Assembly: GCA_009392815.1 (NCBI GenBank) | Contig: VFFS01000053.1 | Location: 7,216-71,215 of the forward strand | Length of the DNA stretch: 64,000 bases | Reading direction: 5' to 3' | From: SAR202 cluster bacterium | GTDB lineage: Bacteria > Chloroflexota > Dehalococcoidia > Lucifugimonadales > UBA826 | Shown: positions 54,915 to 64,000 of the stretch, piece by piece | Position numbering within the stretch: the stretch's first letter is position 1 | Layout of the letters: each line of letters begins with the position of its first letter | Made by a program: the position numbers and the translations under genes | The notes under the pieces: generated by a model | Database searches by the model: none | Seen by the model: only the letters and a program-made list of their open reading frames with translations | What the model was told of the DNA's origin: nothing

Positions 54915-55640
54915 GTGGAACTTATTCCTGCAATAGATATAAAAGATGGGAAATGTGTAAGGTTGTTTCAGGGAGATTATGAGCAGGTTACTGTGTTTTC
55001 CGATGATCCTGTTGAAATGGCATTAAGATGGGCGTCTGAGGGATGTGAATGCCTGCACATCGTTGACCTTGATGGGGCCAAAACCGGTGCTACTTCAAAT
55101 TATGATGTAGTAGAAAGGATTTGTCGTGCTACCGACGCCAGAATCCAACTTGGTGGTGGAATACGCTCTTTAGAAGTAGCGAAAACATATTATGATGTTG
55201 GGGTTGATAGGCTCATTCTTGGCACTATTGCTGTCGATTCACCCGACAAATTGACAGCAATTATGGATTCGCTGGGTTCAGAATCTGTAATAGTGAGTGT
55301 TGATGCAAGATCAGGTGTGGTAGCTCTCGATGGTTGGACCAGGAACACCAAGGTTGAAGCTTCCGAATTGGTTTCTGACATGTCTTTATTAGGCGTGGTT
55401 CGGTGCATGTACACTGATATCGAGCGAGACGGCACTTTATCAAGTCCTAATTTTGATGCCATTGGTAACTTGGTAAATATGTCAAACATTAATGTTATTG
55501 CAGCAGGTGGCATATCCAGTTTGGATAGTCTTTTGAAACTTGCAGATTTGGGAGTTGAAGGAGCAATAGTTGGTAGAGCTATTTATACAGGGCATTTAGA
55601 ACTTAAGACTGCTCTAAATGCGATCGAGAAGATACAATAA
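54915..55640 (+). CDS. hisA: ProFAR isomerase (1-(5-phosphoribosyl)-5-[(5-phosphoribosylamino)methylideneamino]imidazole-4-carboxamide isomerase)
   Basis: LIPAIDIKDGKCVRL, LHIVDLDGA, QLGGGIRS, TDIERDGT, GAIVGRAIY. GTG start. Confidence 0.9.
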   Translation: MELIPAIDIKDGKCVRLFQGDYEQVTVFSDDPVEMALRWASEGCECLHIVDLDGAKTGATSNYDVVERICRATDARIQLGGGIRSLEVAKTYYDVGVDRLILGTIAVDSPDKLTAIMDSLGSESVIVSVDARSGVVALDGWTRNTKVEASELVSDMSLLGVVRCMYTDIERDGTLSSPNFDAIGNLVNMSNINVIAAGGISSLDSLLKLADLGVEGAIVGRAIYTGHLELKTALNAIEKIQ

Positions 55641-55704
55641 AATAGAGGCTCTTAAACTTGTTGGAGTTGTGTTTGTTATATGAAAAAGAGGAGATTCTGC
55701 AGCT

Positions 55705-56262
55705 TTGGCTAAAAAATTGCAAGAAAGGTTGACTCGTCCTTCACCTGGTGATTTGGATATCTATCACATTATTTCCTTACTTCCTATCATGCCCTATCAA
55801 GAAATCGCAGACATCTGTTGTGGTATCGGTACCCTGTCTGTTCCCCTGGGTAAGTCAGTTTATAGGGGCAACGTGATTGCAATGGACTCTGTTAAGGCGA
55901 ATCTTACTGTAGCAAGAAGGGAGTTAAAAAATATTAGACTCTCTAATGTAAAGGCTAGGCACATTGCTAATGAGAAAAAGCTTCCGTTAAAAGATGAAAG
56001 CCTTGATGGCGTAATGTCTTCTTTTTTTGTGCAAGCTTCTAAAAAGCCTTCAGATATTCTCGAGGAGGCTCATAGAGTGATGAGGAACGGGGCCTGGTTG
56101 GCTCTTATAGAATGGCGAAAAGATTATACTGACGAGGGTCCCGCGGTTAAATCCAGGATATCCCAGGATGAGTGTCGTAGTATGGCTGAGGATAAAGGAT
56201 TTCGGTTTTACATGAGGCATGATTTTTCTGAAATGGCCTACATGTTATTGTTTCTCAAGTAG
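55705..56262 (+). CDS. Class I SAM-dependent methyltransferase inserted in the his operon
   Basis: [15 protein letters not shown] (motif I GxGxG-like), [18 protein letters not shown]. 185 aa, between hisA and hisF. Confidence 0.62.
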   Translation: MAKKLQERLTRPSPGDLDIYHIISLLPIMPYQEIADICCGIGTLSVPLGKSVYRGNVIAMDSVKANLTVARRELKNIRLSNVKARHIANEKKLPLKDESLDGVMSSFFVQASKKPSDILEEAHRVMRNGAWLALIEWRKDYTDEGPAVKSRISQDECRSMAEDKGFRFYMRHDFSEMAYMLLFLK

Positions 56263-56282
56263 AAGTATCGGAGAACGTCGCA

Positions 56283-57119
56283 TTGCTAACCAAGAGAATC
56301 ATCCCTTGTTTGGATGTGGATGCTGGACGAGTAGTAAAGGGAGTAAGTTTCGTAAATCTAAGGGATGCTGGAGATCCAGCTGAACTGGCTTCTTATTATG
56401 ACGCCCAAGGAGCTGACGAATTAGTTTTCCTTGATATTACTGCCTCTTCTGACTCCCGAGAAACCATTCTGAGTGTGGTAGAAGACGTCTCAGAGCAGGT
56501 TTTTATTCCTTTGACAGTTGGAGGTGGGATAAGGACAGTAACTGATGTACGAAAAATACTGGAATCTGGGGCAGATAAGGTTTCATTAAACACGGCTGCC
56601 CTCAAAGATCCCGATGTTATATCACAAGCAGCGAATAGATTTGGATCTCAGTGCATCGTTGTAGCAATTGACGCAAAGAGAACCAGTTCAAGTAATTTTG
56701 ATGAATCTTCATCGCAACATTTTGATCCAACATCCCTGTCCCTCAGCCAGGAGTCGACTTGGGAAGTGTTTACGCACGGTGGAAGAGAACCAACCGGTAT
56801 AGATGTGGTTAAGTGGTCTCTTATGGCTGAAGAATTAGGGGCTGGCGAGATACTTCTAACAAGTATGGATGCTGACGGTCATGAAAATGGATACGACATT
56901 CAACTTTTGAGAGAGGTTTCTGAAAGCGTAAATATCCCTGTAATAGCCAGTGGAGGAGCGGGAACTTTAGATCATTTTAGGGAGGCAGTGGAAGAAGGAA
57001 TGGCGGATGCCGTATTGGCGGCAAGTATATTTCACTTCGGAACCTTTGATATTGGAGATGTTAAGGACTACCTTGGTAGTTGTGGGATTCCTGTCCGGCC
57101 CGTGGGAAATCTGGCCTAG
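56283..57119 (+). CDS. hisF: Imidazole glycerol phosphate synthase, cyclase subunit
   Basis: (M)[54 protein letters not shown] start. About 20 extra Ser-rich residues after AIDAKR. Confidence 0.92.
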   Translation: MLTKRIIPCLDVDAGRVVKGVSFVNLRDAGDPAELASYYDAQGADELVFLDITASSDSRETILSVVEDVSEQVFIPLTVGGGIRTVTDVRKILESGADKVSLNTAALKDPDVISQAANRFGSQCIVVAIDAKRTSSSNFDESSSQHFDPTSLSLSQESTWEVFTHGGREPTGIDVVKWSLMAEELGAGEILLTSMDADGHENGYDIQLLREVSESVNIPVIASGGAGTLDHFREAVEEGMADAVLAASIFHFGTFDIGDVKDYLGSCGIPVRPVGNLA

Positions 57120-57163
57120 GAAAGGTATTAAATCTCAAAAATTCATCTAGTTGGGAGTATTTA

Positions 57164-57787
57164 ATGGACATTTTAAAATTAGATGATCGAGGACTCATCC
57201 CCGCGGTTGTGCAGCATGTAGAGACTAAGGATGTATTAATGCTTGCATATATGAACAGGGATTCCATACACAAAACACTTGAAACTGGTGACGTCTGGTT
57301 TTTTAGTCGGAGCAGAAATGAGTTGTGGCACAAGGGGGAAACTTCGGGTAACTATCTCAGGTACAGATCAGGAATAATAGATTGTGATGGAGACACCATA
57401 TTGGTACAAGCTTTGCCGGAGGGACCAGCGTGTCATACGGGAAGCGACTCTTGTTTTCAGAGTGACCTGTCTAATTCCACGGAATATGTTAGTCAAAAAT
57501 CAGGCACAAAAATCTTTAAAGACTTATTCGATGTGATTCAGGAGCGTAAAGAGAACCCAATTACAAGCAGCTACACTACTTCCCTACTGGGAGGAGACCT
57601 TAATAGGATTGCTCAGAAGGTGGTGGAGGAAGCAGGCGAAGTTGCACTTGCAGGTGCAACGGGTCGCCCAAAAGAGTTCACGGAGGAGATGGGAGATCTT
57701 GTCTACCATGCTTTCGTACTAATGGTGGCTAACGGTGTGACTCTGGAAGATGTAGGAACTATATTGCAGGGCCGACGTTCAGGATGA
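57164..57787 (+). CDS. hisIE: Bifunctional phosphoribosyl-AMP cyclohydrolase / phosphoribosyl-ATP pyrophosphatase
   Basis: GLIPAVVQH, MLAYMN, FFSRSRNELWHKGETSGN, CDGD (HisI), then C-terminal KVVEEAGEVA...DLVYH (HisE). The track start at 57080 overlaps hisF. Confidence 0.88.
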   Translation: MDILKLDDRGLIPAVVQHVETKDVLMLAYMNRDSIHKTLETGDVWFFSRSRNELWHKGETSGNYLRYRSGIIDCDGDTILVQALPEGPACHTGSDSCFQSDLSNSTEYVSQKSGTKIFKDLFDVIQERKENPITSSYTTSLLGGDLNRIAQKVVEEAGEVALAGATGRPKEFTEEMGDLVYHAFVLMVANGVTLEDVGTILQGRRSG

Positions 57788-58675
57788 GCATGTAACAGTT
57801 TTTGTATCCTGGTCCGACTCAATAGCGGCATTCATGGCACACACAGCCACCTCTATCTGGTCATCATCGGGTTGTTTTGTGGTCAATCCTTGTAGCCAGA
57901 GACTCGGAGCAGTTAACCATTGGACAAACAGATTGCCGGAATGTCTTCCATTAAATCTTATGACTTCATAGCTGAAAGAGGCTATAACGGGAATAAGTAT
58001 TATCCTAGAGAGAATTAACCACCACATAGGCTCTCGTGGGACCAAGCTGAAAACGATGATTGCCACTATCATGACGGTTAAGAGGAATGCAGTACCACAC
58101 CTTGGATGTGCCGTAGGGTATTTGCGAATGTGATCAATGTTTAAAGGATCACCATTTTCGACTGCATGCACAGTCATGTGTTCCGCACCATGGTACATAT
58201 AGACCCGACGGATATCAGTCATAAAGCCGATTCCAATCACATATACGAGAAACACTAATAAGCGTATTCCACCTTCTGCGAGATTGGGGATTAAATGTGA
58301 TCCAGTTAGCCCCTCGAACGGTTTACTTGCGAATAGTGGCAATAGGAAAAAAAGGGCAATGGCTATCAATAGGGAAAAGCTGATCATGGTAAGCATAGAC
58401 CATTTATTCAGCTCCTGGTCTTCTTCCTCCGCGGCTACCCCGGCTGAATATGACAACGCAGACATTCCTATATATAAAGTCTCAATTAGAGCCACAACGC
58501 CTCGGACCAAAGGTATAGACCTTAATTTACCAGTGAACAACCGACCAACGGGTGTTGTTTTAACTAGTATTTTCTCTGAAGGAGATCTGACGGCTACAGA
58601 GACATGACGTTGTCCCCTAATCATTACTCCTTCAAGAACAGCTTGCCCGCCATATGTTGGGAGAGGCTCACTCAT
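57779..58675 (-). CDS. DUF1385 membrane protein
   Basis: YGGQAVLEGVMIRG N-terminus, HGAEHM, HPRCGT motifs and several transmembrane helices typical of DUF1385. Confidence 0.8.
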   Translation of the reverse strand: MSEPLPTYGGQAVLEGVMIRGQRHVSVAVRSPSEKILVKTTPVGRLFTGKLRSIPLVRGVVALIETLYIGMSALSYSAGVAAEEEDQELNKWSMLTMISFSLLIAIALFFLLPLFASKPFEGLTGSHLIPNLAEGGIRLLVFLVYVIGIGFMTDIRRVYMYHGAEHMTVHAVENGDPLNIDHIRKYPTAHPRCGTAFLLTVMIVAIIVFSLVPREPMWWLILSRIILIPVIASFSYEVIRFNGRHSGNLFVQWLTAPSLWLQGLTTKQPDDDQIEVAVCAMNAAIESDQDTKTVTCSS

Positions 58676-58751
58676 GTCTACTCATCTTCGACAGTGCCTG
58701 CGATTAATAGATATTTTGGCACGTGTTACAAATTCCAGTTATATGTGACTA

Positions 58752-58955
58752 CTACTCTAGATTGAATCGTCTTCGGAGACGTTCCACACGTCCTTCGGTG
58801 TCGACAATTCTTTGCTCTCCTGTAAAGAAAGGATGGCAACTTGAGCAGATTTCAACTCGCAGTTCAGGCTTTGCTGCACCGGTCGTGAAAGATTCCCCGC
58901 ATGAGCAAATCACTTGGGCCTGCGGAAAGTACTCAGGATGGATGTCTGTTTTCAT
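58752..58955 (-). CDS. rpmE: 50S ribosomal protein L31 (Zn-binding type A)
   Basis: [26 protein letters not shown]...[10 protein letters not shown]. The track ORF is extended 14 codons upstream. Confidence 0.9.
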   Translation of the reverse strand: MKTDIHPEYFPQAQVICSCGESFTTGAAKPELRVEICSSCHPFFTGEQRIVDTEGRVERLRRRFNLE

Positions 58956-58956
58956 G

Positions 58957-59217
58957 TTAGGCCTCAACCGGGTATACGCTGGCACATTTCTTGCCACCGG
59001 TCACAAATTCATATTTAACTTTTCCGTCGATGAGTGAGAACAACGTATGGTCTCTTCCAAGACCGACGTTAGTCCCTGGATGTATCTTCGTCCCTCTTTG
59101 CCTGACCAGTATTGATCCTGCAGTTACTATCTGTGTGTCGTAGCGTTTAACCCCAAGTCTTTTGGACTCACTGTCTCTTCCGTTCCTTGTACTTCCGCCA
59201 CCTTTTTTGTGCGCCAT
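58957..59217 (-). CDS. rpmA: 50S ribosomal protein L27
   Basis: [24 protein letters not shown]... canonical L27 N-terminus, with no Prp-cleaved extension. Confidence 0.95.
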   Translation of the reverse strand: MAHKKGGGSTRNGRDSESKRLGVKRYDTQIVTAGSILVRQRGTKIHPGTNVGLGRDHTLFSLIDGKVKYEFVTGGKKCASVYPVEA

Positions 59218-59251
59218 TATGAACCCCTATGGTGTCTTCGGCTGTGGTTGT

Positions 59252-59572
59252 TTAGCCTGAATTTATGTTCGTCACTCTCAAATCTGTGTAATGTTGGCGG
59301 TGTCCATTTTTTCTTCTGTATCTAGTTTTCGCCTTGAATTTCAAGATGACAACTTTTTTATCTCTTCCCTTACCAACTACTTCAGCTTCCACTGTTGCTC
59401 CATTGATTGTAGGGTTCCCGACTTCCACATTCCCATCCAATGAGAGCATTAAGACGTCATCTAAAGTGACGGTGTCGCCTTGGTCAGCGGGCAATGATTC
59501 AACACGTACAGTATCTCCAGTACTAACTCTGTACTGCTTACCACCAGCTTTTACTATTGCAAAATCAGTCAC
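59252..59572 (-). CDS. rplU: 50S ribosomal protein L21
   Basis: FAIVKAGGKQYRV..GD...V and FKAKTRYRRKNGHRQHYT. Lies upstream of rpmA. Confidence 0.93.
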   Translation of the reverse strand: MTDFAIVKAGGKQYRVSTGDTVRVESLPADQGDTVTLDDVLMLSLDGNVEVGNPTINGATVEAEVVGKGRDKKVVILKFKAKTRYRRKNGHRQHYTDLRVTNINSG

Positions 59573-59658
59573 TTAATTCACCTTCACAAAACTTAATTTT
59601 ACTCGTGTCTAGCTGCCTGAGTCAATTGGCGACGCGCAAATATTTGTATTATCTCACG

Positions 59659-60561
59659 CTATTGTGCATGGAATACTTTCTCTGGATGCCAATTACTATC
59701 AGAATTGAGTCTCAGTACAGCTACTAAATTTTTATTCTTGTCATATGCAAGAGCAAGAGGAGTGTCTGTTATTATTGGGTGATTTTTACCCACAGCGGGG
59801 ATTTCTCGCCCATTGCTGACGAAGATAAATTCCTCTTCAGTGAGTGAAATGTGAAGGGCTTCTGGAAGGCATTCACCAGGATCCCCAGTTACTACTTCCC
59901 AATTTCCTTCGTTATAAGCTTTTTCCACTTGCAAAAGATTGTGTGAATGTTCCAGAAAGAAGCCTCCTGAATATTCTCTCCTTAGTTTTATTAGCGTACC
60001 GCCACAACCCAGATGATTACCTAAATCATGTGCGAGAGATCTGACATAGAATCCCTTACCACATGAAATGCGTATGTGTAGGAATGGATTTTTGAAATCT
60101 ATAAGCTCTACACGACTGACGGTTACTTTTCTTGCTTCTCTTTGAACTTCAATGCCTTGTCGTGCAAGCTCATATAACTTTTTCCCGTTGGATTTGAGTG
60201 CACTAAACATTGGGGGAATCTGTAAAATGTCACCTTCAAATTCTTTGAGACCCTCCCTAACATGGCTTTCTGTTACTCCAGAAGGGTCTCTCATATATGT
60301 CTGTTTGCCACTTCTGTCGTAGGTATCTGTGCTTTTCCCCAGTTCTATTTCGGCATAATATGTTTTGTCCCCATTCAGCATATATTCGAGCAGCCTGGTG
60401 GCATTGCCAATAGCGACTGGAAGAACTCCGGAAGCAAATGGATCTAGAGTTCCTCCATGCCCAACCCGTCTCACATTGGTGATCTTTCGAATGCGTCTGA
60501 CCACGTCCATTGACGTTAAGCCTTCCGGTTTATCTATGTTAATGACACCGGTCGAGACCAA
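59659..60561 (-). CDS. truB: tRNA pseudouridine(55) synthase
   Basis: GVINIDKPEGLTSMDVV, VGHGGTLDPFASGVL (catalytic Asp), QIPPMFSALK. Confidence 0.9.
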   Translation of the reverse strand: MVSTGVINIDKPEGLTSMDVVRRIRKITNVRRVGHGGTLDPFASGVLPVAIGNATRLLEYMLNGDKTYYAEIELGKSTDTYDRSGKQTYMRDPSGVTESHVREGLKEFEGDILQIPPMFSALKSNGKKLYELARQGIEVQREARKVTVSRVELIDFKNPFLHIRISCGKGFYVRSLAHDLGNHLGCGGTLIKLRREYSGGFFLEHSHNLLQVEKAYNEGNWEVVTGDPGECLPEALHISLTEEEFIFVSNGREIPAVGKNHPIITDTPLALAYDKNKNLVAVLRLNSDSNWHPEKVFHAQ

Positions 60562-60610
60562 GGTTTAATACCTCGTTTGTGAGAGAGAATGAAATGTGGT
60601 TACTACTTTA

Positions 60611-60958
60611 TTAAAGGTTTTGTTTTGCCTTTTCTAGAAGGTCAGAAATTTGTTCAGCATGGTCTAAAGAGTCGTCAATTAGGAAACGAATACTAGGTAT
60701 TGTTCGTAAATCCAGATTTTTCCTAAGACTTCGTTGTATGAATCCACCGGCCGATCTTAAGCCTTTAAGAGTTTTGACCTTTTCTTCCTCTTCGCCCATT
60801 ATCGTGACGTATACAGTCGCATTTTGCAGATTTCTTGAAGTTTCCACCGACACAACGGACGTTAATGTAGATAATCTGGGATCTTTAACATCGCTTCTTA
60901 TTATTCGGCTTATCTCTCTTTTGAGCAGAGAGTTCACACTATCTATTCTGTCGTACAT
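60611..60958 (-). CDS. rbfA: Ribosome-binding factor A
   Basis: RIDSVNSLLKREISRII...DPRL..LTSV..VE.S.....A.VY.., with IPSIRF near the C-terminus. Lies between infB and truB. Confidence 0.88.
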   Translation of the reverse strand: MYDRIDSVNSLLKREISRIIRSDVKDPRLSTLTSVVSVETSRNLQNATVYVTIMGEEEEKVKTLKGLRSAGGFIQRSLRKNLDLRTIPSIRFLIDDSLDHAEQISDLLEKAKQNL

Positions 60959-61001
60959 GTTTTAAGTGACATTGGTGGAACGGTGGGAGTGAATGAGTAT
61001 T

Positions 61002-62768
61002 TTAGATTTCCTCAACAGAATAGGCCTCAATAACATCATCTTCTTCAAAATCGTTAAAGCCATCTATAGACATACCACCCTCAAATCCTGTCGCTACTTC
61101 TCTGACGTCGTCTTTAAAGTGCTTTAGGGTCGATATAGGACCTACATGTATCTCTTCCCCGTTTCTCAAGACGTGAACAGTACAATCCCGTGTGATTCTT
61201 CCGTCATTTACATATATACCTGCTACTTTGGCCCGTCTTCCTAAGTTGAAGACGGCCCTAACAGAGGCCCTGCCGAAATAAACGTCATCATATTCAGGTT
61301 CAAGCAGACCATCCAAGGCTTTACTAATATCTTCGATTAGATGGTATATGACGTCGTATTGTCGTATTTCTACACTTTCTTGGTTGGCGAGGGATTGAGC
61401 TCCTCCCTCAGGGCTTGAATTGAACCCGATAATGACTGCCTCTGACGCTACAGCTAAAAGTACATCTCTTTCAGTAACACTACCGCTAGCAATATGAACT
61501 AGATTAACTCTCGTGTCATTACTATTAAGCCCGTCTAGAGCGTTTTTGACGGCTTCTATACTTCCCTGCACATCTGTTTTTATTATCAGGTCTACTTGAC
61601 GTATGTTTCCAGTTGCTCCTCTTGAATGGGCGTCTTGGAGTCTGATTGCCTCTCTGTTGCTCTGTGTTTGGCGCTCATCCACAATTTTTTTTGCTTCCTT
61701 CTCAGTTCCAGCAACATCCAGTATTGTTCCAGCTTCAGGTATTTCACTTAATCCCATTATTTCTACGGGGGTAGAAGGGCCTGCCTCATTGATTCTGTTG
61801 CCCTTATCATCAAAAATTGCACGTATTTTGCCGTACACTTCCCCCATTATCACAATTTCACCTTGACGCAGAGTGCCTGTTTGGACTAGAACAGTTGCCA
61901 GTGTGCCTCTGTTACGTTCTAGCCGAGCCTCTACTACCACGCCTCTAGCAGTCCTTTTGGGGTTAGCTTTGAGTTCACTTATTTCAGCAATTAGATGTAT
62001 GTTTTCTATAAGCTCCGGGACCCCTTCTCCTGAGAGCCCAGACAAGGGAACAGCTATTATGTCACCACCCCATGATTCGACCAATAGTTCGTGCTCAGAA
62101 AGTTGTCTGTAAACGTTGTCAATATTGGCGTTTGGTAGGTCTTTTTTAGTTATTGCGATGATGATCGGTACATCAGCGGCCCTAACGTGATCTATTGCTT
62201 CAATGGTTTGAGGCATAACCCCGTCGTCGGCGGCCACAACTAGGATCGCCAGATCTGTGACCTGGGCGCCTCTGGCTCTCATGGCCGTAAAAGCCTCGTG
62301 ACCAGGGGTGTCTAGAAACGTTATGGATCCACCTTCACTTTCTATTTGGTAGGCCGCGATATGCTGAGTGATGCCGCCTGCTTCTCCATCCACCACATTA
62401 GTTTTTCGTATGCGATCAAGTAATGTGGTTTTTCCGTGATCCACATGTCCAAGTATGGTAACTATTGGAGGACGTGTTTCCAGAAGGTCTGGATTTTCAC
62501 TTTCTTTATCAACCGTAAGCGATGCAGGACCTGAGGTTTCTTCCTCAACTTCGTTTGCTTGGAATCCAAACAACTGCACCACGATAGACGCTATTTCACG
62601 ATCGATAACATCGTTGATTGCAAACATGTAACCGCCACGCATTAGACCTTTCACAACCTCAACAGGATTAACCTCCATATTGTCTGCTAGGTCACTAACA
62701 GAAATTACGGGGGGTATATCTATCGGTTTTACTCTCCGAACCGTTGTGTTTTGACTATCACTGGTCAT
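61002..62768 (-). CDS. infB: Translation initiation factor IF-2 (short N-terminus form)
   Basis: 588 aa. [30 protein letters not shown] and ITKKD G-domain motifs, plus C-terminal IF2 domains. Confidence 0.95.
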   Translation of the reverse strand: MTSDSQNTTVRRVKPIDIPPVISVSDLADNMEVNPVEVVKGLMRGGYMFAINDVIDREIASIVVQLFGFQANEVEEETSGPASLTVDKESENPDLLETRPPIVTILGHVDHGKTTLLDRIRKTNVVDGEAGGITQHIAAYQIESEGGSITFLDTPGHEAFTAMRARGAQVTDLAILVVAADDGVMPQTIEAIDHVRAADVPIIIAITKKDLPNANIDNVYRQLSEHELLVESWGGDIIAVPLSGLSGEGVPELIENIHLIAEISELKANPKRTARGVVVEARLERNRGTLATVLVQTGTLRQGEIVIMGEVYGKIRAIFDDKGNRINEAGPSTPVEIMGLSEIPEAGTILDVAGTEKEAKKIVDERQTQSNREAIRLQDAHSRGATGNIRQVDLIIKTDVQGSIEAVKNALDGLNSNDTRVNLVHIASGSVTERDVLLAVASEAVIIGFNSSPEGGAQSLANQESVEIRQYDVIYHLIEDISKALDGLLEPEYDDVYFGRASVRAVFNLGRRAKVAGIYVNDGRITRDCTVHVLRNGEEIHVGPISTLKHFKDDVREVATGFEGGMSIDGFNDFEEDDVIEAYSVEEI

Positions 62769-62985
62769 GTTTTTCGTGGGATTCCTTTTTTTAACTATGT
62801 TGGGCGTCGCGTTTGGTTGAGATTTTTTATTTTACGTGTGCCGGGCTAAATTATCCGGTCCTCCCTATGCAAGATGCAGGAATCCAAATATCACTGAGCC
62901 AATTCTGGCATCTGTTCAATCTGGAAATCACTATGGAATACTTAAAAGTCCTCTGTATCTGGTGAATCCGCGTTTCAGTTAGAAG

Positions 62986-64000
62986 TTATCTGCGTCTTCT
63001 AGCTGGGCGGTTTCTTCGATTACTTCTGTTAGCGCTGGATTGATTTGAGGTCTTCCTTCCCTTTCGAGCCGTAATTCCCCCTCGCAGGTCTTCTATGTCC
63101 TCCGCGAACCTGATTGCTCCGACACCCTCTTGGCCAGAACCTGCTCTATGGATGGACCAAATGTCTTCAGGGACCTCACTTAAATCAGTTCCAAGTCCTT
63201 CTTCTTCAGCAGGATCATCAAGATTTTCATCTTCGAGTAAAAGGAGTTCTTCTTCTGCTGTTAGTGTCCTCTCTGCTTCGGGATCATCTTCGGAGTCAGT
63301 GATGTTTTCTACTGCAGAAGCTTCCTCTTCAGCAATCATTGCTGCGAGTAGTTCATCCTCGTCAGTTTCCTCCGAGCTTTTTTCTACTTGCTCCTCAGAT
63401 ACTTCTATAACTGCTTCAGTTTCTAGTAATTGATCGGATGAATCTCCAGCATTCGTGGATTCAATGGTGGCGGCAAGCTTCTCAATAAGATCGGCATCAT
63501 TTAGAGAGCCTTCTACAGCCTCGACTGGCGCTACCGGCTCAGGTTCTGCAGTTAAGTCCACATCAAGATCACTCTTGATATCAACTTTCCAACCGGTAAG
63601 TTTTGCAGCTAGTCTAGCGTTTTGTCCTTCTTTACCAATAGCGAGGGAGAGGTGCCTGTCTGGAACTACTGCAGTCGCATTTTCGTTGTCGTTACTGATG
63701 ATTACTCTGTGAACTTGAGAGGGACTGAGAGCATTCTGTATATATCGGTTAGCCTCTTTGCTCCACTCTAGAATATCTATCTTCTCACCTTGGAGTTCGT
63801 TTACGATGCTTTGAATTCGAACTCCTCTGAGTCCCACGCACGAGCCGACAGGATCTACGCCATCTTGGCGGGCTCTGACTGCAACTTTGCTTCTTGAACC
63901 ACTTTCCCGAGCGATACTTACAATTTCCACTGCCCCGCTATATATTTCGGGCACTTCCTGTTCGAAGAGACGCCGTAAAAGCAGTTCGTCGGTTCTTGAA
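62986..64000 (-). CDS. nusA: Transcription termination/antitermination factor NusA, C-terminal part (5' end outside window) with acidic extension and Arg-rich tail
   Basis: The frame stays open to the window edge (...[19 protein letters not shown]). KH domains [17 protein letters not shown] and [22 protein letters not shown]. About 190 aa of acidic tail ends in [11 protein letters not shown]. Confidence 0.9.
   Translation of the reverse strand, partial: SRTDELLLRRLFEQEVPEIYSGAVEIVSIARESGSRSKVAVRARQDGVDPVGSCVGLRGVRIQSIVNELQGEKIDILEWSKEANRYIQNALSPSQVHRVIISNDNENATAVVPDRHLSLAIGKEGQNARLAAKLTGWKVDIKSDLDVDLTAEPEPVAPVEAVEGSLNDADLIEKLAATIESTNAGDSSDQLLETEAVIEVSEEQVEKSSEETDEDELLAAMIAEEEASAVENITDSEDDPEAERTLTAEEELLLLEDENLDDPAEEEGLGTDLSEVPEDIWSIHRAGSGQEGVGAIRFAEDIEDLRGGITARKGRKTSNQSSANRSNRRNRPARRRR

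Noticed and set aside
57779-57787. 9-nt convergent overlap of the hisIE and DUF1385 3' ends with no terminator between them
   Set aside because: This is real in the sequence, but it is a common consequence of compact genomes and is not informative on its own.
1-64000. CRISPR arrays, insertion sequences, integrases, prophage or defence-island signatures
   Set aside because: Reading through all intergenic regions and ORF translations, I saw no repeat-spacer periodicity, no transposase, integrase or recombinase motifs, no inverted terminal repeats and no abrupt compositional island. The only compositional exception is the 120-bp Gly/Cys-coding tract. The window appears to be core chromosome.

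Overview
This is a gene-dense, relatively AT-rich bacterial chromosomal segment made up almost entirely of core housekeeping genes. I found no integrases, transposases, phage genes, CRISPR arrays, toxin-antitoxin pairs or recognisable defence genes, and no convincing new multi-gene system. My best leads are single-gene or regulatory oddities.

Gene content, from start to end:
- Left end: a truncated ThDP enzyme and an LLM-family oxidoreductase, then tyrA-aroA-gmk on the minus strand.
- An M50 protease, an IscA/HesB-like protein with a very unusual Gly/Cys tail, and a stand-alone 5S rRNA.
- rpsA-clpC and larC.
- The conserved block tRNA-Tyr, tRNA-Thr, tuf, rpmG, secE, nusG, rplK, rplA, rplJ, rplL. 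It is not followed by rpoBC.
- A LarA homolog, an M20 peptidase, the phnDCEE transporter, nadE, an aminotransferase and ispH.
- A block of small redox and sugar enzymes: aldo/keto reductases, a CMD-family protein, methyltransferases, a glutaredoxin-like protein, rhamnose mutarotase and a PCD-like protein.
- The tetrapyrrole genes sirC-hemC-cobA/hemD-hemB.
- A divergent sodX/sodN (Ni-SOD) pair, a cupin, panE and a second LLM oxidoreductase.
- A Trp T-box leader in front of trpS-trpEGDCF.
- VOC, RidA, HIT and YqeK genes, a metallophosphoesterase, and coaBC-coaX.
- A NYN/LOTUS protein, moeB/thiF, a 1-Cys peroxiredoxin and a PduO-type adenosyltransferase.
- hisH-hisA-(methyltransferase)-hisF-hisIE and a DUF1385 gene.
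- rpmE-rpmA-rplU, then truB-rbfA-infB-nusA. nusA is truncated by the window edge.

Taxonomy is inference only. The gene content (many LLM/F420-type oxidoreductases, Ni-SOD, a T-box on trp genes) and the EF-Tu sequence suggest a marine Chloroflexota lineage, possibly SAR202-like.

Items most worth a second look:
- The IscA-like protein whose canonical Cys ligands are replaced by a 40-residue Gly30/Cys7 tail, encoded by a GC-rich triplet tract.
- The 5S rRNA, which has no 23S within at least 6 kb upstream or 57 kb downstream.
- The single Trp T-box governing trpS plus trpEGDCF, with trpBA absent.
- The nickel-related genes (sodN/sodX, larC, larA).
- A perfect 14-bp tandem repeat immediately upstream of moeB/thiF.
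- The NYN/LOTUS protein.
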